From: Candidatus Marinacidobacterales bacterium
Lineage (GTDB): Bacteria > Acidobacteriota > Vicinamibacteria > Marinacidobacterales > DATDRI01
Length of the DNA stretch: 64,000 nucleotides
Direction: 5' to 3'
Assembly (NCBI GenBank): GCA_965219415.1
Contig: CBDCNP010000002.1
Location: 1,984,001-2,048,000, forward strand
The number at the start of each line of letters is the position of its first letter. Within the stretch, counting starts at the first letter, position 1. Shown here one piece after another: positions 22,469 through 33,066 of the stretch. The notes beneath the pieces are model-generated. The model was not told the DNA's origin and did not search any database. It saw only the letters and a list, made by a program, of their open reading frames with translations. Position numbers and translations under genes: made by a program.

Positions 22469-25400
22469 TTAGGTAGCCTGGATTACGCGCTTCCAATATA
22501 CGGCGAAATCATCGATCAGCGAATAAATGGTGGGGATAATCACCAGGGTCAAGAAAGTGGAAGTCGTCAAGCCTCCCAAGATGACCAGGCCCACCGGCGC
22601 CCAGTTGCCCGCCCAGCCCTCCGGACTCCCCAACCAGCTCGGAAAGATCACCGGGGCAACCATAGGAGTCAGGCCCAGAATCGTGGTCAACGCAGTCATC
22701 AGAATGGGGCGCAATCGGTGCCTGCCCCCGGTGATGATGGCCTCGTTGCGGCTCATCCCTTGCCAACGAAGATGATTGATGTGATCGATGAGTACGATCG
22801 CGTTGTTGACGACCACGCCCACGAGAATGATCAAACCGAGGTTGGTCATGTTATCGAGCGGCTGGTTCGTCAACTTCAAAATCACACCCACGCCAATGAA
22901 GCCGAAAGGAATCGAGAACATGATGGTGAGTGGCTGCACGAAACTTTCGAAGAGCGCGGCCATGATCAAATAGATCAAAAGCAGCGCGAAGATGATCCCG
23001 AACCGCGCGCTTCCCATATCCGATTGGGCCCATCGCTCCCACCTTCCGAAGGTCCAGCTGTACCCGGGCGGCAAATTGATCGAATCGGTGATGGCGCGCA
23101 CCTGTTCCATCATTCGGAAGGAGGTTCCCTGCGAAACCGTATTGGCGGTAACGGTTATCTTCGGGCGGCGGTCGACACGCTCGATCGTTCGCGGGCTTTC
23201 TTGGACTCGAAACTCGGCCAGCGCGCCGATGGGCAGCACTGCTTCTCCGGAGAAGATTGGTGTTTTCTTGAGTTGGTCTAGCGTCTCCCGATCCTCTTCC
23301 CGAAACTGCATCACCACATCGATTTCCCGATCATCGCTCTTCAATCGGGTTACCGGCCGAGACGACAGCGCGCTGTTGATGGTGAAGGCGACGGCGCGGG
23401 TGGATAGACCAGCCTGAAGTGCCCTCTCTCGATCCACCTCGACACGTATCTCGTCGTCGCCGCTCTCGAGCGAGGAATCGACATCTCGAACCCAGGGTAG
23501 CGCCTCCAATGCCGCGACGACTTTCTCCGAAAGAAGCTCGAGGACCGCCATGTCGTCACCCATGATCTCCATTGAGATGCCGAACCTGCCGCCGCCGTGA
23601 CCGGAGCTGCTGGCGATCTTGAAGGTCACTCCTGCCTTGACGGGCAAGACGGCCCGGATGCGCTCCCGGGCTTCGCGGGTGGTAAGCGCGGCCTCTTCCT
23701 CCCCGACCAGAAAGATGTCGAATTTCTTGGAACCTCCCCACCCCCCCCTCGACCGTCCACCACGCCTCGAGTACTCATAGACGATGTCCGAGATGTCCAA
23801 CTCTTCTCTCCGCTGATCCAGGATCTTGGCGACCTCCGCATAAAGCGCCTGAGTTTGCTCGAAAGCGTAGTGGCGTGGGGTATCGAGATAGATCGTTACC
23901 TGTCTTTCCATACTGCGGGGAGAAAAGCTTCGCTCGATGGTCCCGAACAAAGCCCAGGAACCATAGAGCATCGCGACAATACCAACGATGAAGAAGACTC
24001 GGTGCCGCAGCGAAAAGCCGATGATGTATCCGTACCCCCGGGTCAAAGACTCCACCAATTTCGACCCCCGGGGAGCCTCACCCCGAAGTAAAACCGCGGC
24101 CGCCATCGGCACAACGGTGAGGGCCACCAAGAGCGAGGACACCATCACCACCATAATGGTGGTTCCGACGTCGGTCATGAACCGCATGAAGCCGCCACCC
24201 AGAGAACCCAAAAAGATCAGTGGAACGAACACGCAGATGGTGGTCAAGGTGGACGCCATGATGGGCATGGCCACCTCACTGGTGCCCTGCAATGCCGCGG
24301 TACGGGCATCTTCCCCAAGCTCCTCGTGATGGCGGAAGATCGATTCGATGACTACGATGGAATTGTCGACCAGCATCCCGATCGCCAACATCAACCCCAT
24401 CAAGCTGATGATGTTGATGGTCACCTCGCTGACCTCGAGCTGGCGCAAGAAATAAAGGATGACGAACGTAAGTACGACGGAGAGAGGGATAGAGATAGCA
24501 ACCAGGAGCGTCGTCCTGAGTCGCCGGAGAAAAACGAAGATAAAAGTGATCGCCAACGCGCCACCTAGGATCCCGGCGTTGCGAAGCTGCCCTAACCCCT
24601 TTCGCACATCCACCGACGCGTCGCGGTAATAACGGACCGACAGCCCCGCCGCCCGTGGCATCGACTTGATCTCTTCCATCTCGGCCTTGACCCTATCCAC
24701 CACCTCCAGCAAATTGGCGGTCGACGCCTTGTAAACACGGGCGGCGAGAGCCTCTCCATCGTTCAGGAAGTTGTACTCATCCTGTCGCGGGTAGGTGTAT
24801 TCCACGTCGGCCACATCCCCCAGCCGAACTCCATTGACGGGTAGGCTGCGGACCTCTTTTGCGGTCTCGAACTCTCCCATCGAGCGCACCAAGAGCTTAC
24901 GCGAGCCTTCCTTGATGAAGCCTCCCGACAGGTTGTAGTTGTTGTTCCGCAGAACATCGGCCAAGTCCCGAACGTCCAAACCGTGTGCCCGCATGCGCGC
25001 CGGGTTGATGCGGACTTGAAGCTCTCTCTTTTTTAACCCGCGGATCTCGATCTGGGCTACGCCTTCGAGCCGTTCCAAGCGCCGCTGCAGCACGTTCTCG
25101 ACGAAGTCATAGAGCCGATCCTTGCCCCAGTCGGCGCTCAGATGAAAACGAAGGACCGGAATATCCGAGCTCTGGAAACGTCGGATCTCGACCCGCCTCA
25201 AGTCGTCGGGAAGCAAATTTCGGACGCGGTCGATTCGATCGCGAACCTCGACGGCCGCCAAGTCCATATCGGTGCCATCCAAGAAACTGATGCTCACACT
25301 ACCTTGATTGGCCGATGCGGTGGCGGTTAGCGTATCGATCCCGTTGACGGTGCCGAGAATATCCTCCAGCGATCTCACAATGAGCCGCTCCACCTCCTCG

Positions 25401-25576
25401 GGTGATGACGACTCGTATGGAGCCCGCACCCATATGTTGGAGGAGGCAAATGCGGGGAGGAACTCTAGTGGGAGGCGAGTGAGAGAGAGCCAACCCATCA
25501 CGATGATACCCATGACCGCCATGCTCATCGTGACGCGCCGCTCTACTGCGAAACGAGCGATCGGATTGATTCTCAT
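22469..25576 (-). CDS. RND efflux permease
   Basis: 1035 aa; VDNSIVVIE, VNNAIVLID, RLRPILMT. Confidence 0.95.
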   Translation of the reverse strand: MRINPIARFAVERRVTMSMAVMGIIVMGWLSLTRLPLEFLPAFASSNIWVRAPYESSSPEEVERLIVRSLEDILGTVNGIDTLTATASANQGSVSISFLDGTDMDLAAVEVRDRIDRVRNLLPDDLRRVEIRRFQSSDIPVLRFHLSADWGKDRLYDFVENVLQRRLERLEGVAQIEIRGLKKRELQVRINPARMRAHGLDVRDLADVLRNNNYNLSGGFIKEGSRKLLVRSMGEFETAKEVRSLPVNGVRLGDVADVEYTYPRQDEYNFLNDGEALAARVYKASTANLLEVVDRVKAEMEEIKSMPRAAGLSVRYYRDASVDVRKGLGQLRNAGILGGALAITFIFVFLRRLRTTLLVAISIPLSVVLTFVILYFLRQLEVSEVTINIISLMGLMLAIGMLVDNSIVVIESIFRHHEELGEDARTAALQGTSEVAMPIMASTLTTICVFVPLIFLGSLGGGFMRFMTDVGTTIMVVMVSSLLVALTVVPMAAAVLLRGEAPRGSKLVESLTRGYGYIIGFSLRHRVFFIVGIVAMLYGSWALFGTIERSFSPRSMERQVTIYLDTPRHYAFEQTQALYAEVAKILDQRREELDISDIVYEYSRRGGRSRGGWGGSKKFDIFLVGEEEAALTTREARERIRAVLPVKAGVTFKIASSSGHGGGRFGISMEIMGDDMAVLELLSEKVVAALEALPWVRDVDSSLESGDDEIRVEVDRERALQAGLSTRAVAFTINSALSSRPVTRLKSDDREIDVVMQFREEDRETLDQLKKTPIFSGEAVLPIGALAEFRVQESPRTIERVDRRPKITVTANTVSQGTSFRMMEQVRAITDSINLPPGYSWTFGRWERWAQSDMGSARFGIIFALLLIYLIMAALFESFVQPLTIMFSIPFGFIGVGVILKLTNQPLDNMTNLGLIILVGVVVNNAIVLIDHINHLRWQGMSRNEAIITGGRHRLRPILMTALTTILGLTPMVAPVIFPSWLGSPEGWAGNWAPVGLVILGGLTTSTFLTLVIIPTIYSLIDDFAVYWKRVIQAT

Positions 25577-25956
25577 CGTTCCTGATGCCTGCGCTTTCTT
25601 TTCTCGTCTTCGCGCGTCACCATCTCATCGAATTTCTTTTTCTGCTCCGGATTCAACAGAACACGAATGTCTCGCCGAAACTCCTGTCGCAATGTGTCGA
25701 AGGCGGCCCGCGATTCGTCCCAGAACGCGTGGGCACGTTCGCGGTTAGACGCGATCGTTTTCTCGAGTGCGGCCTGTTGTTCCAAATCGAGGTCGAGCTC
25801 ATGGTTCAGTTTTGCTAGAAGCTTGGCGCCGCGCTCTCCATGCCGGTGGGATCCCTCTCTTTCGAGCAGCAACCGATCGAAAGCCACTCCCAAGCTCATC
25901 CCCACAATGAGCGTCAACCCTAGCGTCGCCCACATCCAGTTACGAGACGATGTCAT
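25573..25956 (-). CDS. Spy/CpxP-like periplasmic helical protein
   Basis: N-terminal TM; LDLDLEQQ and LNPEQ (LTxxQ-like) motifs. Confidence 0.7.
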   Translation of the reverse strand: MTSSRNWMWATLGLTLIVGMSLGVAFDRLLLEREGSHRHGERGAKLLAKLNHELDLDLEQQAALEKTIASNRERAHAFWDESRAAFDTLRQEFRRDIRVLLNPEQKKKFDEMVTREDEKRKRRHQER

Positions 25957-26096
25957 TTGAATTGCCTCAATGCAGGCTCGCTCCTTAACCCCGCGCGAGG
26001 AGCCATCAGCTGTCCCGAAGCCGCTTGCCGGCGAAGGGACGGCGGGGGGGGCCCGCCGCACTGATGAAAGGTCCAGTGCATTTCCTCGGCACCCTG

Positions 26097-26558
26097 CTAC
26101 GGCTCCATTCCCGGGAAGGGCTCGAGAGCGATGCTCAGAACCGGATTCTGTAACGCCGCCTCCTCGGACACGACGGAAAACCCATTCCCTAGCTCCCGCG
26201 CCTCCAGCTCAGTCAAGGCATCTTCTGTCTCCGAGAGCCATACCGCCGCGATGGCAACGAGAATGGCGGCCACCGCCAGAGGTGCGAGCCGAACCGCCAG
26301 CCACCGCCAAAAGAACCTGGGACCAGCAGACCCGAACTCTTCGTCGCGCTTCGTGCGGAAGCGGGCAACGAATCCCGGATCGGCCTCCACGGAATCAGCG
26401 CCAACCGACAATATCCGGGAGAGGCTTTGCAGCGACTCGAGCTCCTCCTGGCAGGCCGAGCACGTCTTGATGTGCTCGCGCAAACCCTCACCGTCCTTCA
26501 CCGGCAGCTCTCCGTCCAAGAAGGCGGAGTAGAGCGGCTCCCATCGCTCACAGCTCAT
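26097..26558 (-). CDS. zf-HC2 anti-sigma factor
   Basis: C...LDGEL...HIKTCSAC, followed by one TM. Confidence 0.88.
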   Translation of the reverse strand: MSCERWEPLYSAFLDGELPVKDGEGLREHIKTCSACQEELESLQSLSRILSVGADSVEADPGFVARFRTKRDEEFGSAGPRFFWRWLAVRLAPLAVAAILVAIAAVWLSETEDALTELEARELGNGFSVVSEEAALQNPVLSIALEPFPGMEP

Positions 26559-27142
26559 CGCTTCCCTCCCTGCGTACCCTCTGTCGGTGACCTCAACTCT
26601 CGGAGCCGAGACCTGAGCTCCAAGCGGCCCCGGTGCACGCGGATTTGGACCGTTCCCAAGGGCCACCCGAGAAGCCCTGCAATTTCTCGATAGGTCATGC
26701 CTTCCATTTCTCGCAGTACCAAGGCGCTTCGATACTCCTCACGCATCTCCGACAGTGCCATTGCGACATGCCGTTCCAACTCGCGGGCTGCCACGAGAGC
26801 CTCGGCGGACGTTGTCCGGCTCTCATCTAGTTCGAGTCCTCCAATAGCGGCGACCTCCAGAGAAATCTCGGCCTTGCGACGAATCCGCCGGAGCTCGTCG
26901 TGGGCCCGGTTGATTGCAATCCGGTAGAGCCAAGCCTTGACCGAAGCTCCACCTCGAAACGTCGCTGCCTTGCGATAGGCTCGCAGGAAAGCATCCTGCG
27001 CAACGTCCTCGGCTAGAGCCCAATCTCGAACCAAGCCATACGCCAGCTTGCGGAGCGGGGCTTCATAGCGCCCGACCAGCGTCTCAAAGGCGCGTTCATC
27101 GCCGGCAAGGAACTTAGAGAGTAATTGCTCGTCCGAATCCAC
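26555..27142 (-). CDS. ECF sigma factor
   Basis: AEDVAQDAF, WLYRIAIN, region 4 TYREIA...GTV. The start is probably the GTG at 27142. Confidence 0.93.
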   Translation of the reverse strand: MDSDEQLLSKFLAGDERAFETLVGRYEAPLRKLAYGLVRDWALAEDVAQDAFLRAYRKAATFRGGASVKAWLYRIAINRAHDELRRIRRKAEISLEVAAIGGLELDESRTTSAEALVAARELERHVAMALSEMREEYRSALVLREMEGMTYREIAGLLGWPLGTVQIRVHRGRLELRSRLRELRSPTEGTQGGKR

Positions 27143-27199
27143 GGCCCGCCTCAAGCGCGAAAGCACCGACGGACTCTGGACATGGCTCCCAAAGACAAT

Positions 27200-27226
27200 G
27201 ACGTCCGCCGCGGCCATTCTGTTTCA
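27200..27226 (-). promoter_or_regulatory. Putative ECF (autoregulatory) promoter
   Basis: Minus strand TGAAAC-N17-CGTC upstream of the sigma gene. Confidence 0.5.
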
Positions 27227-27351
27227 GCGCAACTCTGCAGTCGCCTAGACAGTTTGACAGCTCGTAACTTACCACTATACCTTAACTTCCAGGCGAGCCG
27301 CCGCCTGGCGAAGCTTTTTCTAGACGGGCCTCCGCCTCTAAGGGAGTACAC

Positions 27352-27761
27352 ATGGATCTCCGTGTTGGCCAGACCGCTACCCGTAGCATCACCCTGACCG
27401 AGGAGCACGTCACGAAGTTCGCGGAAATCTCGGGCGACTACAATCCGCTGCACTTCGAGGAAACCTTCGCCGCTCAGACGAAGTTCGGACGGCTCGTAGT
27501 GCAAGGCGGACTCACGACCGGGCTATTGCACGCGCTGGTGGCGATGGAAATGCCGGGTCCGGGCACGGTGTTCCTCAGCCAAAACTGGAAGTTCACGGCT
27601 CCCGTTTTCATCGGCGACACGATTACCGCCGAGGCCGAAGTCACCAGCGTCCACGCATCGAAGCCCGTCACTGGCTCGCGGTCAAGGTGAGCCGCGGCGA
27701 TGGAGAGACGGTGCTCGAAGGCGAGGCCTGGTGCTATACATTCGAACCGAAGGCTAGTTGA
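27352..27761 (+). CDS. MaoC-family dehydratase (frameshift near C-terminus)
   Basis: FAEISGDYNPLH, PGPG, FTAPVFIGDTI. Confidence 0.88.
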
Positions 27762-28521
27762 ATGCTCGGCCGTTCCGAGCGCGACATTCCTGTCGTCCGG
27801 CGGAGAAAGAAAGCGACTGCCCTAGGAAGGTTCCGAGTGAGCACGCTTCGAGCGCGCGCGCCTTACTCAGCGTCCAGCCGGTCGCCTCTTCCGCTTGCTC
27901 GCAAGTGATCCCAGGATGAAGAGAGGTCAAGATCAACTCCTCCCGATCTGCGACGCGCTCCAGGATGCCTAGATCGGTGATGACCCGGGTGACACCCCTC
28001 ACCTGTCCCTCCGTCAGCGCACTCGAACCTACCGAGGTCACGAAATCGAGACGTTCCACGAACGTCCTTTTGCTCTGCCGAACGATGACGAAGACTTCGC
28101 CGGAGGAGGTGGCGATCTCGGAGGCGCCACCCGCTCCCGGAAGCCGAATCTTCGGCTTCCGATAGTCCCCGATCACGGTCGTGTTGATGTTGCCGAAACG
28201 GTCGATCTGAGCCGCACCGAGAAAACCGACGTCGATGCGCCCGCCTTGTAGCCAATAGCGGAACACTTCGGGAGTCGACACGACGCTGGACGCGGTCTGG
28301 GCCAGTTCACCGTCTCCGATAGAAAGCGGCAGGACATCTGGTTGCGCGTCAATCGTCCCCGATTCGTAAATCAAGACGACGTCGGGTGCGTGAGTCAGCC
28401 GCGCCAGATTGGCTGCGGCGCTGGGCAAACCGACACCAACGAAACAGACGGCGCCATTGCGAAGAGCGCGGGCCGCCGCCACGGTCATCATCTCTTCAGC
28501 GGTGTACGAGCCCTCAGACAT
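27754..28521 (-). CDS. CoA-transferase subunit B (GctB/CatJ-like)
   Basis: FVGVGLP, LIYESG, GAAQIDRFGNIN, RLPGAGGA. The C-terminus looks aberrant. Confidence 0.9.
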   Translation of the reverse strand: MSEGSYTAEEMMTVAAARALRNGAVCFVGVGLPSAAANLARLTHAPDVVLIYESGTIDAQPDVLPLSIGDGELAQTASSVVSTPEVFRYWLQGGRIDVGFLGAAQIDRFGNINTTVIGDYRKPKIRLPGAGGASEIATSSGEVFVIVRQSKRTFVERLDFVTSVGSSALTEGQVRGVTRVITDLGILERVADREELILTSLHPGITCEQAEEATGWTLSKARALEACSLGTFLGQSLSFSAGRQECRARNGRAFN

Positions 28522-29385
28522 CCCTCGACCTCGCCAGGCTCGTGAGGTAGCCGTCGAAATCGCCGGTCTCCAGAACGTGCCGCCTCATCCACGCTTCGAA
28601 ATTCTCTCGCTCGCGGGCGATCGAATCCCACTCCCGATAAAAAGCATTGTCCCTCCGGGTATAGCCGAGCGCATACGATGGGTGAGCACCACCCGGAACT
28701 TCGCAGACCGCACTGACCACCCAATGCGGGAGGACCATCGCGTTGGGTTTCATCTCGAAGCCGTCCACGATCTCTTCGACAGTAACAATCGATTTTTGGA
28801 AGCCAGCACGGCCTCTTTTTGTACCCCCGCGATGCCCCAAATCATCACATTGCCGAGCCGATCCGCCTGCTGTGCATGGATGACCGTCACGTCGGGCCGC
28901 GTCGCGGGCACCGCGGCGAGCTCCTCTTCGGTGAAAGGACATTGGATGCGTTTGATTCTCGGGTTGTACTTCGGCAAGTCCGAACCCAAGTAGCCGCGAA
29001 TCACCGCGAACGGTAGCCCGGCAGCCCCCACCTCGTAGGCACTGGCCATCGCCGCGTGGCTGTGCTCCTCGAGCTCAATCCGCCGCGGCCACCCATGCTC
29101 GACGGCGTCTCGAAATCGATGAAGGGAGCCGACTCCTGGATTGCCTCCCCATGAAAAAACCAGTTTTCGAGCGCATCCCATCCCGATGAGCTGGTCATAA
29201 ATCACGTCGGGGGTCATGCGGATCAAAGCGAGGTCTCGTTTGCCCTGGCGGATCACCTCGTGGCCCGCGGCGTGGGGGATCAGACGTGTGAAGCCCTCCA
29301 TCGCCACGGTCTGCCCGTCGCGGACAAGTTCGGCAATCGCTTTGCTGAGAGTCGTAATCTTGGCCACGACAGTATATGACGGCAA
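28514..29385 (-). CDS. CoA-transferase subunit A (GctA/CatI-like; frameshifted)
   Basis: FSWGGNPGVGSL, EEHSH, HAQQAD, GAHPSY. Confidence 0.9.
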
Positions 29386-29466
29386 CGACTTTGCGTTTGC
29401 AACCCAAGCGAAGGCCGGGGCCGCGATCGTGTGTTAGCCTTGGCGGGTTAGAAAGGCCGGAAGAGG

Positions 29467-30567
29467 ATGTTGGGAACTTTAGAGCAGGGGTTTCTGGCGC
29501 ACAAATTTCTAGGGACCTCCCTTGGAACCTGGCTGATAGCGCTTGGCGTGTGGGCGCTCATCGCGCTGGCCCTCGTTTCCATACGCTCTCTGCTTCTCCA
29601 TCGCCTCGAGACGGTCAGCGAAAAACGAGGCCTCGTCCGCGCCGAGGAGATCTTGAGAGATGCGCTCAGCTCAACGCTCAAGTCCGTCCTCATCGTGGTC
29701 GCCCTCTATGCCGCTCTTGCCACGACCGGCATAGCGGGAAGCGCAACCCGTACCGTCGGACAGATCCTCATCATCGTTCTCCTGCTCCAGATTGGCCGAT
29801 GGGGGAGTCGGCTCATCAAATTGGCGGTCGAGCGCTACGGAAAAAATCACCCCCGGACCCCCGTCTCCGCGACCAGGGCGGTCGGGTTCGTGGCCCGGCT
29901 GGTGCTCTACGCTTTCGTCGCCCTGCTGACGCTCGAGAACCTCGGCGTCGATATCACCGCTCTCGTCACCGGCCTCGGGATCGGCGGCGTCGCCATAGCG
30001 CTGGCGCTACAGAACATTCTCGGAGACATCTTCGCCTACCTGACCATTATCTTCGACGAGCCGTTCTCGACCGGAGATTACTTGGTAGTGGGAAATCAGA
30101 TGGGAACGGTTGAGAAGATCGGCGTGAGAACGACACGGGTTCGGAGTCTAACCGGAGAGCAAATCATCTTCCCAAACGGCGATCTCCTCGGCAGCCGCAT
30201 TCACAACTACAAGCAGATGCGGGAGCGGCGCATTCTCTTCACCATCGGTGTTCTGTACGAGACACCCCATGAGAAACTAGCGAAGATTCCGTCCCTGATT
30301 CGTGAAATCATCAAGGAGCAAGATAAGACACGTTTCGACCGCGCCCACTTCAAAGGCTTCGGAGATAGCGACCTCACGTTCGAGGCGGTCTACCACGTCC
30401 TGAGCCCGCAATACGCTGTCTACATGGATATTCAACAAGCGATTAACTTGGGGATCAGCAAACGTTTTGCGAAAGAGGGTATCGGGTTCCCTTACCCGAC
30501 GCGAACTCTATACTTGAACACACCGACTCCACCAGGGAATGTTGTGAACGAGCCACCCGCATCATGA
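29467..30567 (+). CDS. MscS-family mechanosensitive channel
   Basis: GLGIGGVAIALALQN, GTVEKIGVRTT, FPYPT. Confidence 0.93.
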   Translation: MLGTLEQGFLAHKFLGTSLGTWLIALGVWALIALALVSIRSLLLHRLETVSEKRGLVRAEEILRDALSSTLKSVLIVVALYAALATTGIAGSATRTVGQILIIVLLLQIGRWGSRLIKLAVERYGKNHPRTPVSATRAVGFVARLVLYAFVALLTLENLGVDITALVTGLGIGGVAIALALQNILGDIFAYLTIIFDEPFSTGDYLVVGNQMGTVEKIGVRTTRVRSLTGEQIIFPNGDLLGSRIHNYKQMRERRILFTIGVLYETPHEKLAKIPSLIREIIKEQDKTRFDRAHFKGFGDSDLTFEAVYHVLSPQYAVYMDIQQAINLGISKRFAKEGIGFPYPTRTLYLNTPTPPGNVVNEPPAS

Positions 30568-31790
30568 AACTCGCTACTCTCTTCGTTCTTCTTCTCGCGG
30601 CGCCCACCGCCGCAGGACAGGAAAGCTGGCCGCAATGGCGAGGCCCGGATCGCGATGGGGTGTTGCAGGGTTTTTCCGCTCCAACCCGTTGGCCCGATCG
30701 CCTGGAGATGAAATGGCAACAAGAAATTGGCTCGGGCTATTCGTCCCCGGTGGTCAGCGATGGCAGGGTCTATGTGTTCTCCCGCAAGGAAGGACGGGAG
30801 CTCGTTTCCTGCCTGGAACTCACGAGCGGTAAGATTCTTTGGCAACAAAGCTATCCCGCCCCCTACCGTGTAAACCCCGCGGCCGCCTCGCACAGCCCCG
30901 GCCCGAAGTCGACGCCGGTGCTAGACGACGGCAAGCTGTGCGTCTTCGGTCTCAGTGGGATTCTTTCCTGCTATGAAGCGAAGAGTGGGATTCCACTTTG
31001 GCGAAAAGCGTTCTCGGATCAGTTTTCCGCCAACGCCCCGGTGTACGGCGCGGCGATGTCGCCTCTAGCGAGAGACGGCGTGTTGTATCTACACGTCGGA
31101 GGAAACGACGACGGTGCGTTCATCGCCCTTTCGATAGGCACTGGGGAGATCGAATGGCGATGGGACGGAGACGGGCCCGCCTATGCCTCTCCCATTCTTG
31201 CCGAGCTCGGAGGCGTCCGGCAGATCGTGACGTTCACGCAAGAGTCTCTACTTGGCCTCGACGCATCCTCGGGAAAAGTTCTGTGGCGCATCCCCTTCAC
31301 GACCCCCTGGACTCAAAACTCGGTCACTCCCCTGGTGCTTGGGGACAAGATCGTCTACTCCGGGCTCGACCAAGGCATCACAGCAGTGAAAGTGACTCGC
31401 AAGAGCGAAAAATGGAACACCGAAACGCTCTGGAAGAACGAGGACCTTTCGATGTACATGAGCTCGCCCGTCGTGCACGGCGATCTCTTGTTCGGACTCT
31501 CGCAGTACAAGAAGGGACAGTTCTTTTGTCTCGATGTGCGAACCGGCAAAACACTGTGGGTCAGTGAAGGACGTCAAGGAGATAACGCCGCCCTCCTGCA
31601 GAGCGACGGCGTTTTGTTCCTCCTGACCAACGAAGCCAAATTGGGCGTCGCACCCGCGAGTGCGGATGGCCTCAGACCAATAACGACCTATGACGTGGCG
31701 GAGAGCCCGACGTGGGCTCATCCGGCCGTCCTGGGCAACCTAATATTGGTCAAAGACAATTCTCGTATCGCTCTATGGTCGCTGGAGTGA
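30564..31790 (+). CDS. PQQ-like beta-propeller protein
   Basis: Signal peptide; WPQWRGP, YSSPV and repeated G..LW motifs. Confidence 0.88.
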   Translation: MKLATLFVLLLAAPTAAGQESWPQWRGPDRDGVLQGFSAPTRWPDRLEMKWQQEIGSGYSSPVVSDGRVYVFSRKEGRELVSCLELTSGKILWQQSYPAPYRVNPAAASHSPGPKSTPVLDDGKLCVFGLSGILSCYEAKSGIPLWRKAFSDQFSANAPVYGAAMSPLARDGVLYLHVGGNDDGAFIALSIGTGEIEWRWDGDGPAYASPILAELGGVRQIVTFTQESLLGLDASSGKVLWRIPFTTPWTQNSVTPLVLGDKIVYSGLDQGITAVKVTRKSEKWNTETLWKNEDLSMYMSSPVVHGDLLFGLSQYKKGQFFCLDVRTGKTLWVSEGRQGDNAALLQSDGVLFLLTNEAKLGVAPASADGLRPITTYDVAESPTWAHPAVLGNLILVKDNSRIALWSLE

Positions 31791-31798
31791 AACCCCGT

Positions 31799-32644
31799 CT
31801 ATAGATCCTTCGAACCGACTTTTTCCTTCCCCTCTTCTTGCTCCAGCTCTTTTTCTAGAGTCTTGAGGCGCGACTCGAGCTCTTCCATTCTTTTCTGCAC
31901 GCCGCTCCAATCCATGGACTTGATGCGCTCCAAGCGCTCCTGCCACTCCTCGCTGTCGAAATGCTCCTCGAGGCCTTCCATGGCGTTGCCCAAGGCCTCC
32001 GTGACTTCCTCGTCGATGCTGAAATCGCTGCCGTCCCAAGTGAACGAAAATTTCTCGTGCGGCCCATCCAGAACTTTGACGCCGTGGAGCGGCGAACCGG
32101 GGCCACCCAAACGCATGACGTTTCGCTCCCGCTCGATGATGGTCACGAAGACGGTCTGCGCGCCCCCGTCCCTCCAAAGGCCTAAGCTCACCGTATCCCC
32201 CTCTTCCTTACCGCGGACATAACGGGCGAGCTTCCAAGAAGAGTCCACGGTCTCGCCGTCGACTTCGGTCAAGATGTCTCCCACCTGAACGCCCGCCTGC
32301 TCGGCGGGGCTATTCGCTTCCACCTTCGCCACCATCACCCCGACGTCCTCCGACAAACCGAAGTGAGCTCGAAGCTCTGGCGTCAGACTCATCAGCTGGA
32401 CGCCGAGAAACCCTCGACCATGCATGCCCTCGAAGAACGTATAATCGTGGCCACCCTCATCGTCGTCCCCGACCCAAACGAATCTCTGCACTCTCTTCTC
32501 GACCTTTTTCTCGTCCGGCGCTTCCTGCTCACTCTGCGCCAGCAAGACCGGGCTCGAGGCGAGCAGGGTCGCCAGAAATACAGGTGCAATTCCAAGAGGA
32601 CTTACTTTAGCGTCAGTCATGTTGTCTCCTTCTTCGGTTGTCAC
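31799..32644 (-). CDS. Exported PDZ-domain protein
   Basis: GFLGV...LTPELRAHFG...SPAEQAGVQVGD; coiled-coil tail; no protease domain. Confidence 0.85.
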   Translation of the reverse strand: MTTEEGDNMTDAKVSPLGIAPVFLATLLASSPVLLAQSEQEAPDEKKVEKRVQRFVWVGDDDEGGHDYTFFEGMHGRGFLGVQLMSLTPELRAHFGLSEDVGVMVAKVEANSPAEQAGVQVGDILTEVDGETVDSSWKLARYVRGKEEGDTVSLGLWRDGGAQTVFVTIIERERNVMRLGGPGSPLHGVKVLDGPHEKFSFTWDGSDFSIDEEVTEALGNAMEGLEEHFDSEEWQERLERIKSMDWSGVQKRMEELESRLKTLEKELEQEEGKEKVGSKDL

Positions 32645-33066
32645 CTACGGTAGTTCACGGGGTGCGCACGAGCTCCCTCAGCCTCACGCGATAACGCACG
32701 CAGATCCATGAGAAAGTCCATTTCGCCGGTACCGCCAAGAGTCAAAATCGGCTGCGACTCGGCGGCCAGGGCCTTGAGCTCCTCCAACTCTTTGTGCAGC
32801 GACTCGTACTCACTCCGCAGGGCCTCGACCCGTTGAGCCGCTTCCGCCCGTTCGCGAGCCCCTTGCCAGTAATTCCGAGCCGACGAGGCGGCAAGGGTCA
32901 GAACGACCGCCGCCGCAACAGCGAGTCCCGAGCGTGTCAAGCGTGTCCGGGGATGCGCGGTGGGTGGCGCAGTTGGCATTCTTTTCATCAGCCGATCGGT
33001 AAACCCGGTCGAGGCCTGTTGCCGTGGCAGCTTGCGTAGCAAGTTCCCGATGTCTTCGTCTTTCAT
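32641..33066 (-). CDS. Putative membrane anti-sigma factor
   Basis: Coupled to the ECF gene; GFTDRLM motif, one TM, coiled coil. Confidence 0.7.
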   Translation of the reverse strand: MKDEDIGNLLRKLPRQQASTGFTDRLMKRMPTAPPTAHPRTRLTRSGLAVAAAVVLTLAASSARNYWQGARERAEAAQRVEALRSEYESLHKELEELKALAAESQPILTLGGTGEMDFLMDLRALSREAEGARAHPVNYRR

